Shown piece by piece: positions 37,901 through 52,500 of a stretch of 64,000 bases of DNA (positions are counted from its first letter, which is position 1; every line of letters begins with the position of its first letter). The notes beneath the pieces are model-generated. The model ran no database searches. It worked only from the letters and a program-made list of their open reading frames with translations, and was not told the DNA's origin. The DNA comes from Asterias rubens (lineage: Eukaryota), in assembly GCF_902459465.1 (NCBI RefSeq), contig NC_047065.1:16864001-16928000 (forward strand), given 5' to 3'. Both the position numbers and the translations under genes were made by a program.

Positions 37901-40900
37901 TTATTCGGATACCACTGGCCAACTATCCGAAATTAACCGGATATTTGAATAGTTTTTTTGCCGCTAGAGGGCGCTGTTCGTTTGTGAATGAGATCTTATG
38001 GGCGGATTGATATTAGTTTTAGACAGTGTCACTCGGTTCATTCATAAAAATAACCGGATCTAATTTAAAGATGGCGATTTGCTTTTTCTTTTCTTTGTTT
38101 TAACTCTTCATGGAGGTGAGCAAAGTTAAATACTTAATATATGCTGTTTTATGCTGACTTAATAGAAGTTTCTTAAGGATTCAGACAAAACATTCCTATC
38201 AGTTGTCACTCCGACGTCCGCGGATATTCGGATATTAAAAGAATATCTGGTTACTTGGTTGTAATTACAGAACTATCCGGTTTATAAATAGGTATTCGCG
38301 CCCTATGCGGATATCCGGTTAAGAAAAAAAACCGCATTCGCGGTTACAGATAGGAAAACCTATTCGCCATTAACCGGATATTCGAATAATTCGCCCAGGC
38401 CTAGCATGTACTAGGCTTATTTTACATGTTTGTAGTTGTACACTGTATATATATACACAGGCATTTATTATTAGGCTAAAGCTAAAAAAAAAAAATAAAA
38501 AAAAAAAAATGATTTTCACGTAAAAAAAAAAAAATGCGGAATTCCGCGGAAACGCGGAGGTGTTGCATGCCTGATATAGTTGTTCATAATTTAATCCCAG
38601 TTTATCTCCAAAATCTCTTAGTCCTTTGTTCATTTCACAATCATCAGCTACCCGAAGCATTCGCTCTTCTTCCATCCCTCATTTCCAGCTTTCCCCGGGA
38701 CCCCACACCATGACACGCAATGGCGATTGGCTTTTTCAGTCATAGTTCTTAAAAGTTTGAAGCAAGCTATCCCGAGCATTCAAGCGGCACATTCATTGGA
38801 TAATTACACTTAAAGAAACCTTCAGTAGAGTGTCATGGCCGAGTGGTTAAGAGCATCAAATTTAAGTTCTGGTGACTTGGTTCAAATCCCGGTCGTGACA
38901 CTTGAGCAAGATACTTTACTATAATTGCTTCTCTTCACCCAGGGGTATAAATGGGTACCTGCGAGGGTAGAGGTTGATATTGTGTATGAAAAAGCCTTTG
39001 GAGCAATATAAACTGTTTCCACGGTTGTATACTCCCAAGGGAGCTGAGAAACATAAAAACGGATGTTATTGGCCCTACACTGTATGACCAGGGCACTAAT
39101 GTAAAGCGCATTGATATGGTTATTGTNNNNNNNNNNNNNNNNNNNNNNNNNNNNNNNNNNNNNNNNNNNNNNNNNNNNNNNNNNNNNNNNNNNNNNNNNN
39201 NNNNNNNNNNNNNNNNNNNNNNNNNNNNNNNNNNNNNNNNNNNNNNNNNNNNNNNNNNNNNNNNNNNNNNNNNNNNNNNNNNNNNNNNNNNNNNNNNNNN
39301 NNNNNNNNNNNNTGTCAATCTAAATAGTTTGGTTATAGTGCCTAGAGAAACATACAATTTAAGAGCTCTGTAAATGGTCTTTATAATTATTTATGAGCAA
39401 TGTAGCGACGACTGGTCAAATGTTCTACACTGAAGGTTTCTTTCATCATTAGATTGTTGGTTAAAGTTTCCATGATACTTAAAACAAGTCGATGTACGTT
39501 ATTTATTCATGTTCCATCGCGCTGAAAACCAAAAACTAAGAATGAATGTATCAAGTAATAATAGAAACTTACCGATTGGTCAAGTGATATGATTCTGACC
39601 GTGTCGTCAGCGAGACCAACAGCCAAGAATCGTGCTCTCTGTTCCCCTGATGGCACAGTGGCTAAACTCATGCATTTGACATCGGCTGACATCTCCTTCC
39701 GCTCGGTGTACTCATTCAATTGTCCTGTCTGATGATCAATAATAATTCAAAATGGGATTAGGGTTCTATTGGGCCGATACACTTAAATTGCGTGCCAATA
39801 CATGGAAATTACAGTCAGTACAAAAACAAATATATATCAAATAAAAAAAACAGGTGAAAGTGCAGAAACAAACAAAAAACAACAAATTCACGAAAATTAC
39901 CACGGTTTCGAGTCGCCCACCGCTGTTTGCACTTACATATGGTGACCTGCCATGTCACATCACATGTACTACTGATTTCATTCCCCCTTTTTTGCTTTGC
40001 AGAAAAGACAGTTTTGCTGCTTTAATGCAAGTAGTTCTACGAAATTACGTCAAAATCAACAGAAAAACAACTAAATAAGTAAAACTAAGTCTTACTGGGT
40101 CCATCTCAAAGTACACCAGCTCTCCTCCTGTCAGAGCAATCACAACCTGCGGAAAAGAAGAGAGTAACAATAAATAATTTAGACAACCTTTTAAACTTCA
40201 AACTTCTGCTGAGGTTTCTATTGATTTTCAGTGGAATCCATTCAGCAAGGGGAGGATAACAATTGATAATTAGAAAATCTTTTAAGATTCAAACTTCTGT
40301 CGAAACAGTAATTAGGTATAAACACCAATATCCAGAAACAATGGAGACACTGCAGACATAATCGTTAATTCCAAGCCTTTACATGACTGGTGGCCATGAG
40401 CAGAAAGACCCCTTTTATATGAAGTCAAACACACCAAACAGCGCCCTCACTGAGTGGTCAATGTTCCGTTATTTCCTCTTACCTGACGTTGATTGACGGC
40501 ACATTTGACGATGCTTTTCTTGCCGGGTGTTTTCCATTCGTTGACACGTTTATCAGCTCTGATGTGACGAATACCCTCTGGATAAATCTAGGCACAATCA
40601 ACAACAAAAACAGATGTACAATAAATATGGCATTGTGGTCAAATGAAAAGATTTAGACACAGGTAGTAATGTTCAACTATGAGCGCAGAGAGTGAAAGCT
40701 TGCGAATATAACGCCTGCTTACACACACATTTACCTTTGGGTTTTAAAATCCTACTCTGCAATCTGGGGTGTTCTGTATGGTTTTATCTTCATTTTATCA
40801 TAAATTTGCTAGATTTTACACACAAAAATAATAATAATAATAATAATCATTCTTTTTGGTTGAAATTTGGATTTCTGGTTAAAACAAGAGAAAATTGCAT

Positions 40901-43900
40901 CCCTGTTTGAGTGTCATACTTGGCGCTAACTAAATGACTATTATCATCGCTACAAAATCTGCATATTTGGCTACAATGCAAACTTTCAAATCCTACTACC
41001 AAGATGATTTGAGTTGCTTTTAGGAATGCTTAAGGCACAATGAATGGCCATTCTTATTATTATTATAAAAAGTGATAATTACCTGTAGGAGAGAATCGTC
41101 CCCAATCAGCGACGAGGACAGAGTGGGCGTGGTACCCAAGAACCCGGAGTCTGTCACCTCCTCGACCGTCTCTCCGATGGACAAGACCAGCGTAGCGTTG
41201 ACGAAGGACACGATGATGTACGCATCAAACTCATCTATATGGCAACAACAAATAAAAATAAAAACACGAGAAACAAAAGAGAAACAAATTAAGCATTGGT
41301 GAACATCAAACAGTAACACTTGCTGTCATTAACACCCACTGAGTTTTCAAGCCTGGCGATGGACGTTTTGCAAACTCGTATACAACCAGTTTTCAATTTT
41401 ATAACAGCAAGGAAAAGTGCAGATAATTATAATCTGTTTTGTTCCAACGTCGGCACATGACAGATTTGAAATGTCAGATAATGTTATTAACAGCAAACAA
41501 CAAAAAGCAAACAATGAAAAAGATTTGTCGTTGTTTCATGTGGTTTCAGGTGAGATTTCCTTGTGTCCTGGAGGGTTGTATCTTGGGGGAGTCTTATAAA
41601 TTCCATTCCGGCGATGAGTTCAACTATCATCAACAAGATCTTCAAGAAAATCCTTTAGTAGATTAACTAAATAAGATGAGTGGTCCGAGATGGAAATCAA
41701 GACGAGAAGAACACTGAGTAAGCCATTCTTAACAAGATCCATGAAAGGCTGGGTATCATCTCTTCCAAGCTATAAAGACCATCAAAGTCCAAACAGTTCA
41801 GCAGATTTAAAAGAAAAAGACATTTGGTCTTGCAAACATTTATTTTGGTCGGTAAAATTTATGAGCTATCAGAATTGTAGACCAATGGAGCTTTTCTTGA
41901 AAAGTCAAGCCCTGATCATCATAACAATACTTCCTATTGAACGTGTACAGCAGTAATCAAGTCCAGGATTTAGAAGAGAAGATGGTCAACAAATAGCATT
42001 CTTTACACTAGATGTTCTTTTTTTGTGACACGTGAGTCCGTAGAATCCATCCTTCCCTATCTTGTTATCTAGCCACACGGTACATTTTTAGGAATCCTGT
42101 TGCATCAATGTAGTGCGATTGACGGTAACGTTGTTTCACTTGGCTTATTTCGTCACGTCAGTATACAAATGTTGCAACATGCATGTAAACAATAATCTGT
42201 GCACAAAGGTTAAATCCCTGAGCTTACTTGTTCTGTGTGAGGAAGCGAGACATGTTTTGACAAGTTAAAACTTGCGTTCACTGTAAAAGCAATTTTAGAA
42301 CGTTGGCTGCACTGACACTGTTGGTAATCAATTGACTAGCCGGAACTTTCTGTCTTTCTCATTTTAAGCAAACATCATTCCCACAACAATCACAACTTAA
42401 CAGTTTGTTTTAATGCTTCCCTTCACAAGGATCCCCTAGACGAATCAACCTGGTTTAGCTATCCTCTCCATTCAACAACAGATACCAAAACCAAGTCCAA
42501 ATATAGTGACGATGAGGAGATTTAAGAAATTTGAAGAAAGTTACTATGCAGCCACCAAGAGCGTTAGATGACCTGTGACCTAGCTGGGAAGATAAGTCTT
42601 GAGAGGGTTATTAGTCTTCTTTATAATTTTTTAAATAATAAATTATTAAACCTTTTTAAAAATGTAACTTCTGTTAAAACTCATTCCATTACATCATTTA
42701 CTCGATTTATACGAGGCCAGGTCTAAGTAAAAATTACAAAAAATCAGTTAGTGCCCCTGACCTATAACCAAAAGTTGAGCAGGTTAACTTCCTTCTTCCT
42801 AAGCTACAGCCATCTTTAAAAAATTACACAACAAAAACATACCCAAAATAACATGTGCACCAAGAAATTAAAATCGAACGAATAACTTTTCGCTTTCGAT
42901 TATGATAATTGGTCGTGGTTAAATAAATCTGCACTAACTGATTTTTTACATTTTTTTTGTAAGCCTTGGAAAAAAAAAACCAACACCAATGTGCGGACTA
43001 GCCTGAACTTTGAATATTTAAGAAAAATCACTATTCGCTTTCAATGATGACAATTAGTCGCGGTGAAATACATTAAAAACTTCCTTGGCAGTCTAAAACC
43101 ATAACAAAACAGTTGACATTTGATTGTTCGGGCCATCATTTACATCTACAACATTTCAAGAACATATTTTTATTTGCGAGAGTCAGTGCGTACAACAACA
43201 AAAACATCCTGGAAATCCACCTACACTTTATAAAATCAATTTGAAATACTAATCACTGAATAACAATGTCACCAAAAGTTTTTGACAAGAATAACCATGC
43301 AAGCAGACTGTCAGTAAAAACCAAACTTAATTCACAGGTGGAGAATACAAACCCATTTGAGGTTGCCTTTGCCAGTCAAGGACACTTAGAGTTTAACCTG
43401 TAAAAGAAGAGAGAGGCCTGGTGTTGGTTTGGGGACCATACACCGGCTGGTTAAAGTATATTTTGAACAAAGATTTCTCAACTTGGTGACAAGTTTTACT
43501 TAAAGGCAGTGGACACTATTGGTAATTACTCAAGATAATTGTTAGCACAAAACCTTTCTCGCTTACATTGTGAGAAACGGCTTCCGCTGAAGTGACGTAA
43601 TTCTCAAGAAAGAAGTAATTTTCGACAAATTTGATTTTGAGACCTCAGGAGTTTGAGGTCTCGAAATCAAGCATCTGAAAGCACACAACTTCGTGTGACA
43701 AGGGTGTTTTTTCTTTCATTCATATCTCGCAACTTTGGCGACTAATTGAGTTCAAATTTTCAAAGGTTTGTTATTTTATGCATATGTTGAGATACAACAA
43801 GTGAGAAGACTGGTCTTTGACAATTACCAATAGTGTCCAGTGTCTTTAACAAATAACGAAGCAGAGACTGAGTTCTGCTTTGGTTTGGATGACCATTTAG

Positions 43901-46900
43901 TGACTGGCATTCGCTGGCCAACACGAAATGTGTTCCTAAACAATGAAGTTTATCAAAATAAAGTCACGACTTTTAGACAAACTAATAATCGTGTAGTCAA
44001 ACCAAAGTACAGTACAAAATGTGTACAAATTACTTTACAAAGCATTTGACGTGAGGTTTTTGAAAGGGAAACAAATATCTGGCTAAATAAATCTACTTTT
44101 AAGTTAATACATAATCAACGTTTCTTTTTAAAACGAGGCATCTTGACAGTCAACCAAAACCACAGCAACAGGGCACAATCTCTGGATCATTATACCTAAC
44201 GTTTAATACACTACTGGGTACCAGTTGTTGTGTAGTACCAGTTCATCTCAACTGTCAAAAGAATACAATACCCAATTGTTACGCAAATAACAGTTGACAT
44301 GAACTGCATAAACAGTTCAGACAGGTACCACCGATTTTAAGTAACAATATATCCTACATAAATATTACATTAAAAGTCAATACAATCCATAGAATCTTTA
44401 ATTTGAGGTAACAACAAGAAAAACTTATCTCTTGTAAAAATTCCATGAGTGGAAAAACAATTCAGTGCCAAAATTTCAAAATGTCAACCAGCTTTATAAC
44501 TTTGTTGGGTGCCAAAGTTCAAATGCGCGTGAGAATTGCACAATCTATTGTAAAAAAAACAGACAACAACTTTCTTACAGCCAAAACGAAAGAGGCATAA
44601 TTTTATTGCAAAATATTGGTAAATTAAGGCATACCTGGTCAGAAAAAAAGAAGTAAGTGGTTTACCTTCTTAGTTTGTTTTGCAAAAAATCTTGTGCAAA
44701 ACATGTATTACTCGATCCCATACAAATTATCTCCAATACCTTATATTGGATCCTCCCCAAATTAGAACCACAAAACAAACATACACCAAGTCCTCCAATT
44801 TTGGCTTGTGAAATGCTAATAATATTATTGTTTTTTAAAATCCTATTATCAAAATCATTGTCTGTACGCACAACAAAATATTTTAAGCTTGCCCTAAATG
44901 TAAGTATGAGTTGTAGTATACATAGTGTCCATACGTTATCGGGAGGAATGCAAAATTAAACAGGCAGTAACTCAAGGTTAGCCCCAAGGCTTTTTCAGGT
45001 TTTCCAGGGGCTTTTTAGCGTTAACTTTGAGCCCTCGAATTACCGCTGGTTTCCTTCTGCATTTCTCCCACAAATATTTTTTAAATACTGTGTTATTGAA
45101 GACAATGCACAAGTACTGCGTAAAAGAACTAAAAAATATATACAGTAAGTAATCTTCAAACCAAATTTTTAAATGATTACAATAAATAAAATGTGATAAA
45201 ACATAAATAAATAGAGACAAACGGGAGAATATATTGAGAGGATTTCTTACCGTCGCTGAGTTTCTTGACAGTCCAGACAGCGTTGGGATTACCTGGCAGC
45301 TCTGACACAGCCATTTCTGACACCTGGATTTCAAACGTCATCAAGAAATTAGTATCAAACAACAATAAACAAGATTTGATAACAGTTGGGTTTGAAGATG
45401 TTATCATTGCCAGGGTTCTCTCGAGGAGTTTTAAAAACTGGGACGTTATGCACCAAATATTTGTTATGCTTAGCCAAATTGAAACAAGGTCTTTGGAATG
45501 TTGTTCATCTTGGTTTTGAAAGCCCTACTTTGCAATCTGGAGTATTCTTATTGGTTATCTCTGGATTTCAAAACAATCGTCATCAATGAGTCAATATAAA
45601 ACAAAAATGAACAAGAGTTCGCCGAAGGATTTTTTTTATAAACAGTGAACCTAAGGTTTAGGATGTTTGGCCCAAGCCAGTAAAATGAAACAAGGTCTTC
45701 GGACTTTTTTCTACTTGGTGTTTATCTTGGTTTTAAAGTCCTAATGTGCCATCTGGAGCATTCTCCCTTGATTTTTTTTTTAATGCAAGTTCTTTTAGGC
45801 TGCAACGGCTGAAACTTGCAAGAATCAGCACGCAATTCACAGGGCAACTCTCGTACAGTTCCAGTGCAAGTCAAACTTGGATCAGATTATTGAGTGAAGA
45901 AAAGTATTCGGTTATAATCAGCGGCATTCATACGAAGCGCGAATAGGTAATCATCATCTCCATAGTTTGACTGCACTTGAAGTAGGGATGAAACTGGTTA
46001 TCAGCTAAAATCCATAAAGATAACAATGTTGCCACTGGAAATTGGCAAAGCAATAAATTTGCTTTGCAGTATTTTCTGCTTAACAGCTTTATGAAATTGG
46101 GCCCTGGTTGTATGCTTACTTGGATGAGTTCAGTGACCTTTGGTAAGTTAAGGGTTAACTATTCATGACCTCTCACATCTAAACCATAGATTGATTTCAG
46201 TGACCTATACACCTCTCTTAATATTTATGCATGAGGTACGTCACAATGCTAACTCAAAACAAGGCGATGGGCGCAGCCACTGCAAGTGATGGGGAACGTG
46301 CACCCATAGCCTCATTTTGGGTAAGAATTATGACTTCATGCATAAAAACTAAGAGAGGCGTATGGTAAGTAAAGGGGTTAACTATTCATGACCTCTCACC
46401 TCTAGACCATGACGGAGAACTCGAAGGGACGATCGGGGCCCTCTCCCTGAAGCAACGTACAGCTGTGGTGTATCTTCATTGGCTAAATCGGCAATCTGCT
46501 CATCAGGAAGGTCAAGCATAAACAAAAGAAAAAACATGAGCACAAAAATGTAAAACCTGTTTATTATCCCTTAAACAGTTGCAAAGTAAATACCTGATGC
46601 GCAAGAATCTCGTTTTAACAAGATTCCATTAACAAGATTCCAGTGCAAGTCATTCTTGGATCAGATTATTGAGTGAAGAAAAGTATTCGTTATAATCAGC
46701 GACATTCATACGAAGCGCGAATAGGTAATCATCATCTCCAAAGATTGACTGCACTTTAAGTAGGGAACGATGTGGGCACTAACTACGCAGAGAAAAACCT
46801 TTCAATGCAAACCTTCACAATGGCAGGACTTGGATTCAAATACCAGGTTAACTACTCTAGTAGTATGCCTGCGGATTAACTTTGTTCTTTTTTTATGTAG

Positions 46901-49551
46901 GTGAAAAACCTAAATAATAATATTCTTCATCTCGATTCAACTATGACATCTATTAAAAACTTAAAATAAAGCAGTTGAAGTTTCACCATGATTCAGGCAT
47001 GATATTGGAAAAAGTGGGCATATTTTGTTGAGTAGATGGGCTAACTTGACAAATGGTGAAGACTTTTTAAGCCTGATTAATAAAATAAAAAAAATCAGAT
47101 TTATCCAAGGCAAAAACTGTCTGAAAACAGTCTTAAGTAGGAAGAAAATCACAAGTACCGGTACTCTTACCTGGCAGCTCATGATTGGAGATAAGCTTTC
47201 CATCTGATCAATCTCCACCAGGTTCTTGAGGGAGCGAGGAGCAAAGAAGAAAGTGTCTCCTTCCTCCAGGGGCATGGCACTACTGAACTCCGGTTCATCG
47301 TCGTCATCCCCGAGATGGGCAATCTGGTAGAGGTAGCTGCAAGACGACAACAAGAGAAAGGGAGGATAAGATTTCTAGATTGGTAAAGGTTGCTGGTTCG
47401 AATCCAACCCAAGTAAAATGCCTGTGTATTTTGTTTTTCCACAGAACACGAGGAAAGTACTAAGTATACAGTGCTTACACACATTTAAAATAAGGCCTGG
47501 GCCCAATTTCAGTGAGCTGCTAAGCAAAAAAATTTGCTTAGCATGAAATTGTTGCTTTGATAAAAACAGGATTACCAAACGAATTTCCACATGATTTCAG
47601 GATTTATCAAATAATAGCTGAACACCAGTAATAAGCGAAATGCAAGAGATTGAAACTTGGTTGGTAATCCTGTTGTTTTTTTTTCAAGGAAGAAATTTCA
47701 TGCTAAGCAAATTTTCGTGCTTAGCAGCTCTATGAAATTGGGCCCTGGTTAAAAGACGTATTGTGCTTCAGTGCAGTTCAATCTTGGATCAGAACATTAA
47801 GTGAAGAAAGTAATTTGAGTATAATCAATGGCTTTTCATACGAAGCGCGAATGGTGTGTCATCATTTCCAAAGATTCACTGCACTTCATTAGAGGTACCC
47901 ATTGGGTGCCCTTTACCCAGGAGAAAATGCCTTGGTGCCCTTTTCTTTGGTGCCCTTGCCATTTCAAAAACGAAGCATACAGGCCTGCCCTTACCAAATA
48001 ATTTAATACAGGACACTCCTTGGGTTAATTACTAAAATAACGACAATATTTAAACAACTCTGAACTCACTGGTTCCCGAATTCAGCAGCCAAAAACAGGA
48101 AGCCAGTTTTAAGGACGTTCATGCTGGTGGCGATGGGGACCGTGTCAAAGTACTTCATACGGACTTCGGTGACCATGTCCTCGTCTGTCTCAAGGGTTAT
48201 CTTGAAGATGTCTCCCTGCTCCGTCTGAGCCAGGAAGAAGAACATCGACTGTAGAGAAAGAGATTGAAAGGTTTGTGGTAATTCATTGATTATAAGTATA
48301 ATGAAACCTATGAAGATCGTTCACATTTGCATTGAGTACTAATATTTCTTAAACTTTCCAAGAAAGAACAAATTAAAATCGATACCAGTCAATGCAGTTC
48401 AACTCAAGATCAGATAATTATGTGAAGAAAGTTATTTGAGTATAATCAATGGCTTTTCATACGAAGCGCGAATAATTTATCATCATTTCAAAAGTTTGAC
48501 TGCATGTGACTAGATCATCTGATTGACAGAACATCATTTGTTCATGGTCGGATTTGAATTTCCCATAATCTATTCAACTTCCTCGAGCGACAACACCAAA
48601 TTCTGGAACTAATTACGAGTAACCTTGTTGTCTTTCTTTTGTAAAGGCATGGTTTCATTATGGACAACAAAATTTTCACACGAAATTGATTACTCAAAGT
48701 TCTGTGGCAGGGTGGGAACGAAACTTGATTTAAAAATACTGACACGAGACACGATTGGTAATCAGGTTTTTCCCCATGCACAAGCTACTGTATCCGGCCG
48801 ATACGAACCAAGTTTATACAAGCAAATTCATTTGTTTCCATACCTTTGTTTTATGAGTTGCACTGCATACGAAGATCATCCCCCTCTCTGGATCGTCAAG
48901 ATCATTCTGTTACAGAAAGGAAAACAATTAAATAAATACAGAAAACTATTCAAATGGTTTAGAATTGTCATTGGATGATTTACAAGCATGAAGTTTATAG
49001 TATGAAACCCAAATATAATTCAGTTTCCTCCTGAGGAAAATCAGAGCAAATTGATCGAAACGTCAATCTGTGAAATGTCAATGTTACAGCACTGTTTCTG
49101 TTCAAAATAATCACAACTCAGTTTGAGAGTGTTCCTGTCCAATGGTGTTACCATAAACTTTAGTAGAAAATATTTATAAAACCTTGCCCCAATCTCAAAT
49201 TTCTTTCCTTATTGGCATTAAGAAATTTTCTTTTTAAAGACTTTTAGAGAATGTTTGCAGTTCAACCTAGGATCAGATTATTGAGTGAAGAAAAGTATTC
49301 GGTTATAATCAGCGACATTCATACGAAGCGCGAATAGGTAATCATCATCTTCATAGATAGACTGCAGTTGATATTAATGCATTTGAACGATCCCTCTGCT
49401 CAACTAGTCTGCCCCCATCTGAGGGGCATTGCACTTACCCTTCGTCTGGGGATAGGCATTCTGATGTCCGGTTGGTCACCCAGATTCTTGTAGGTAATAT
49501 AATTCTCAGAGCATATCAGCACACCACTAGGACCATCACTGCCTCCAGGTA

Positions 49552-49586
<35 letters not shown>

Positions 49587-52500
49587 TAATAATTTAGGAG
49601 GCTAATTATCATTATTCACAGCTGAGAAGCCGAATTGTGAAGGATGCAGCTACAACTCATTTGAGCTGCAGGCATGCAGGGGCACCTTCGGCAGTCAGCC
49701 ACATTTACCAATATACGACCATGGAGCACAGCCAGAGATCCAAAGCATTTCATTTTTTTTTTTCAAGAGGAAGGAAAACTGGAAGGCCCGATAACCAACA
49801 CACAACTCTACTCACATACATGTATGACCTTTGAACAAAGACAACAGAGGCGAGAGGGAAGCACTTTACGCACAAGCCAGCCATGCCACCCCAATAATTG
49901 AATAGAACATAGAAATTAACAGATGGAGGCTTCAGGTAGAAGGAAGATTTCCAGAAGGAAGATTTCCAACCTGTGTGAGTTTGGATCAGTACTTTAAGAA
50001 TGTTAATCACGATAATCAGCTGAAACACGGATTAAAGTACAATCATCATTTCCAAACTGATGAGAGTTTCTGAACCAATAATTGACGTCAGCCCATCACC
50101 ATGGTAAAAATAAACAGATAACATATTATTAACATTCTTCCAGGTCATTTTCGGCAAATAAAAGCAGTCAATTTAAACAGCGTGTTACTCAGGCATGATA
50201 TTTGACCCTTGATAAAAAGGAGAAACATTTTCTTGAGTACAAGTGCTGACCTACATATACACATGGAATAGGCTTTTAAAGGGAAGGCACACGTTTGGTA
50301 ATTACTCAAAACAAATATTAACTTAAAAACTGACTTGGTAACTAGCATTGGCGAGCTGATGATAGTATAAAAGATTGTGGGAAACGACTCCCTCTGAAGT
50401 AACGTAGTTTTTGAGAAAGAGGTGATTGCTCACTTAAATAATAAAAGACTTCTTGCTAGAAGTCTTTTATTCCCATCTGAAAGCACACAAATTCGTCCAA
50501 CAAGGGTGCTTTTCTTTCATCATTTTCTCCCAACTCCAATGACCAATTGAGTTCAAATTTTCACAGGTTTGTTATTTTATGCTTCTAAATGTTGAGATAC
50601 AATAAGTGAGAACACTGGTCTTTGACAATTACCAATAGTGTACCTTCCCTTTAAAGACTTTTCAGGCTATTTATTCAACAAATTTCCAAGGGCGAAACAA
50701 TTATGAAATCAGAAGAATATCATGCCAGGTGGCGATTTCTAAAAGAGCTAAGAATTATATTAGGTGCTAATCAATCTTTACATGTGATGACACAATACAA
50801 ATCACTATGGCAATTTTTTATTTATTTTTTTATTTATTTTTTATTTATGCAAGTTGCCAGATACACAAGGCCTGAAGGCCACTTCAAGGTGTGGGCTACA
50901 AATTTTTTCAGAGGCCGTTGCCACCTACTCCTAGGGCTGTAACAGGGTTACCCCTTTTACCGTCCATACGGATGTAGGCTTGGGTATCATCAATCCGAAG
51001 CCTGGTGTTTTGTGAAATAGAGCCCTGGTTATTCATGCTGGTCCTCTACTTTGGAATAATCTGCCTCTTAATATCCGTAACATCTTTTCCTAAGTTCAAA
51101 GAGGCCCTCAAAACACACTTTTTCACAGCTGCTTTTTATTAATTTTGGAGTTTCTTCCTTGCGCCATGAGCATCACTTGTGGTGGATACCGGCGCACTAA
51201 AAGTGTTCTTATTATTGTTATTAAATAATGTGAAATTGAAAGCCAAATAATACTGACCAGCAATGAGGAAATTGCCATGTTCCTCGAGTGCTTCACTGTA
51301 CTTCCTGACAACGTGGTTAAGCCCCAGGTCTAGCTCGTAGTATGTCAGCATCTGCTGGGTAGCTGCCGCTGCTTCACCGGTTGGATCCGAATCGCCCTCC
51401 TGAGTTATCAAGTTTTAAGAAAAATGCACAATAGGGTCAGATTGCAGGGAGTAATGCCACCTGGCTAAAAGCAGAAAATTGAGGAGGTCTTCAGTTATTC
51501 CAGTCGTATTAAACCATTTGTCATAAGACAGTCCCCCCAAAAAAATGGCACATAAACTGACACAAAGTGGTTAAAACCCTAACCCCTTGAAGATTATAGC
51601 TGGACACTAGCCCAATACCCAACATAATCCAACAGCATAGGGTAAAGATTTTGGAGAATACATGATAGTAAGGGTAAAGGAAAGTGATGCTTTTTAAAGT
51701 GCAGTTGGTTGGATCAGAAAAAAATAGTGAAGAAAATATCTTGTTAAAATCACAGAACATTCATACGAAGCGCGAATAGTTTTTCATCATTTCCAAAGAT
51801 GTGCTGCACTGGTAAAATTATAATCTCAACCTCTTCCGTCTCACTTCCTCCAACCTCCTCTATAGCCTCCTAGAGTCTTTGATATGTGCTCTATAAATTT
51901 TCCAGGGGCTAGAGTCATTGTTAACAAAACAGTCTGAAACTATAGGACCCAAACTTAGGAGGTTTTAGGAGGCGTACGTTGAAATTATGACATTTCCGCA
52001 TTTTGGTAAACCCTGTGGTTTACGTTCACAGACCTTTTTTAGGAACAGTGTTCTAGGAACTAGAAAAGTAGAATAAAGAGCAATATTTCTTAATACAATG
52101 TGGACAAAATAATGGCTGATTTTCTTCACCAGGCTGACCTAAAAAGTCTGAATTCAGATAAAAGTCTGAAAGTCTGATCCCTGCATCTGCACAGCACACA
52201 AAGCTTTAAATCTCACTCACCTCATAATCGATCTCGAGACAGGCAAACATGGGATTCTCAAAGCCGACGTCCACGCCCACAATGTGATAACAGAAGGTGC
52301 TGGACTTGTGTGCCTCCAGCGGGGACGAGATGGTCAGCCTGGCCTGAGAGTCACGGTTGAGGATGTAGACCAGCTTCTGCTTCTCAATGGCTGCGATCAT
52401 GACGGCGCGACCCTTGGGGTCAACGGCCATGAGCTGACCGGGTACGATGCGGCGGCAACCGCTCTTCCCAAACGTCTCTTGGTGAACCTTCAATATCAAA

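Noticed and set aside
38825-38900. tRNA genes here and at about 28470-28570, 34300-34370 and 63555-63640
   Set aside because: A and B boxes are present but I could not form a full cloverleaf, and they run into SINE body sequence.
41560-41960. Possible retroelement coding remnant in SF3B3 intron 10
   Set aside because: No recognisable RT, endonuclease or integrase motif in any frame I read.
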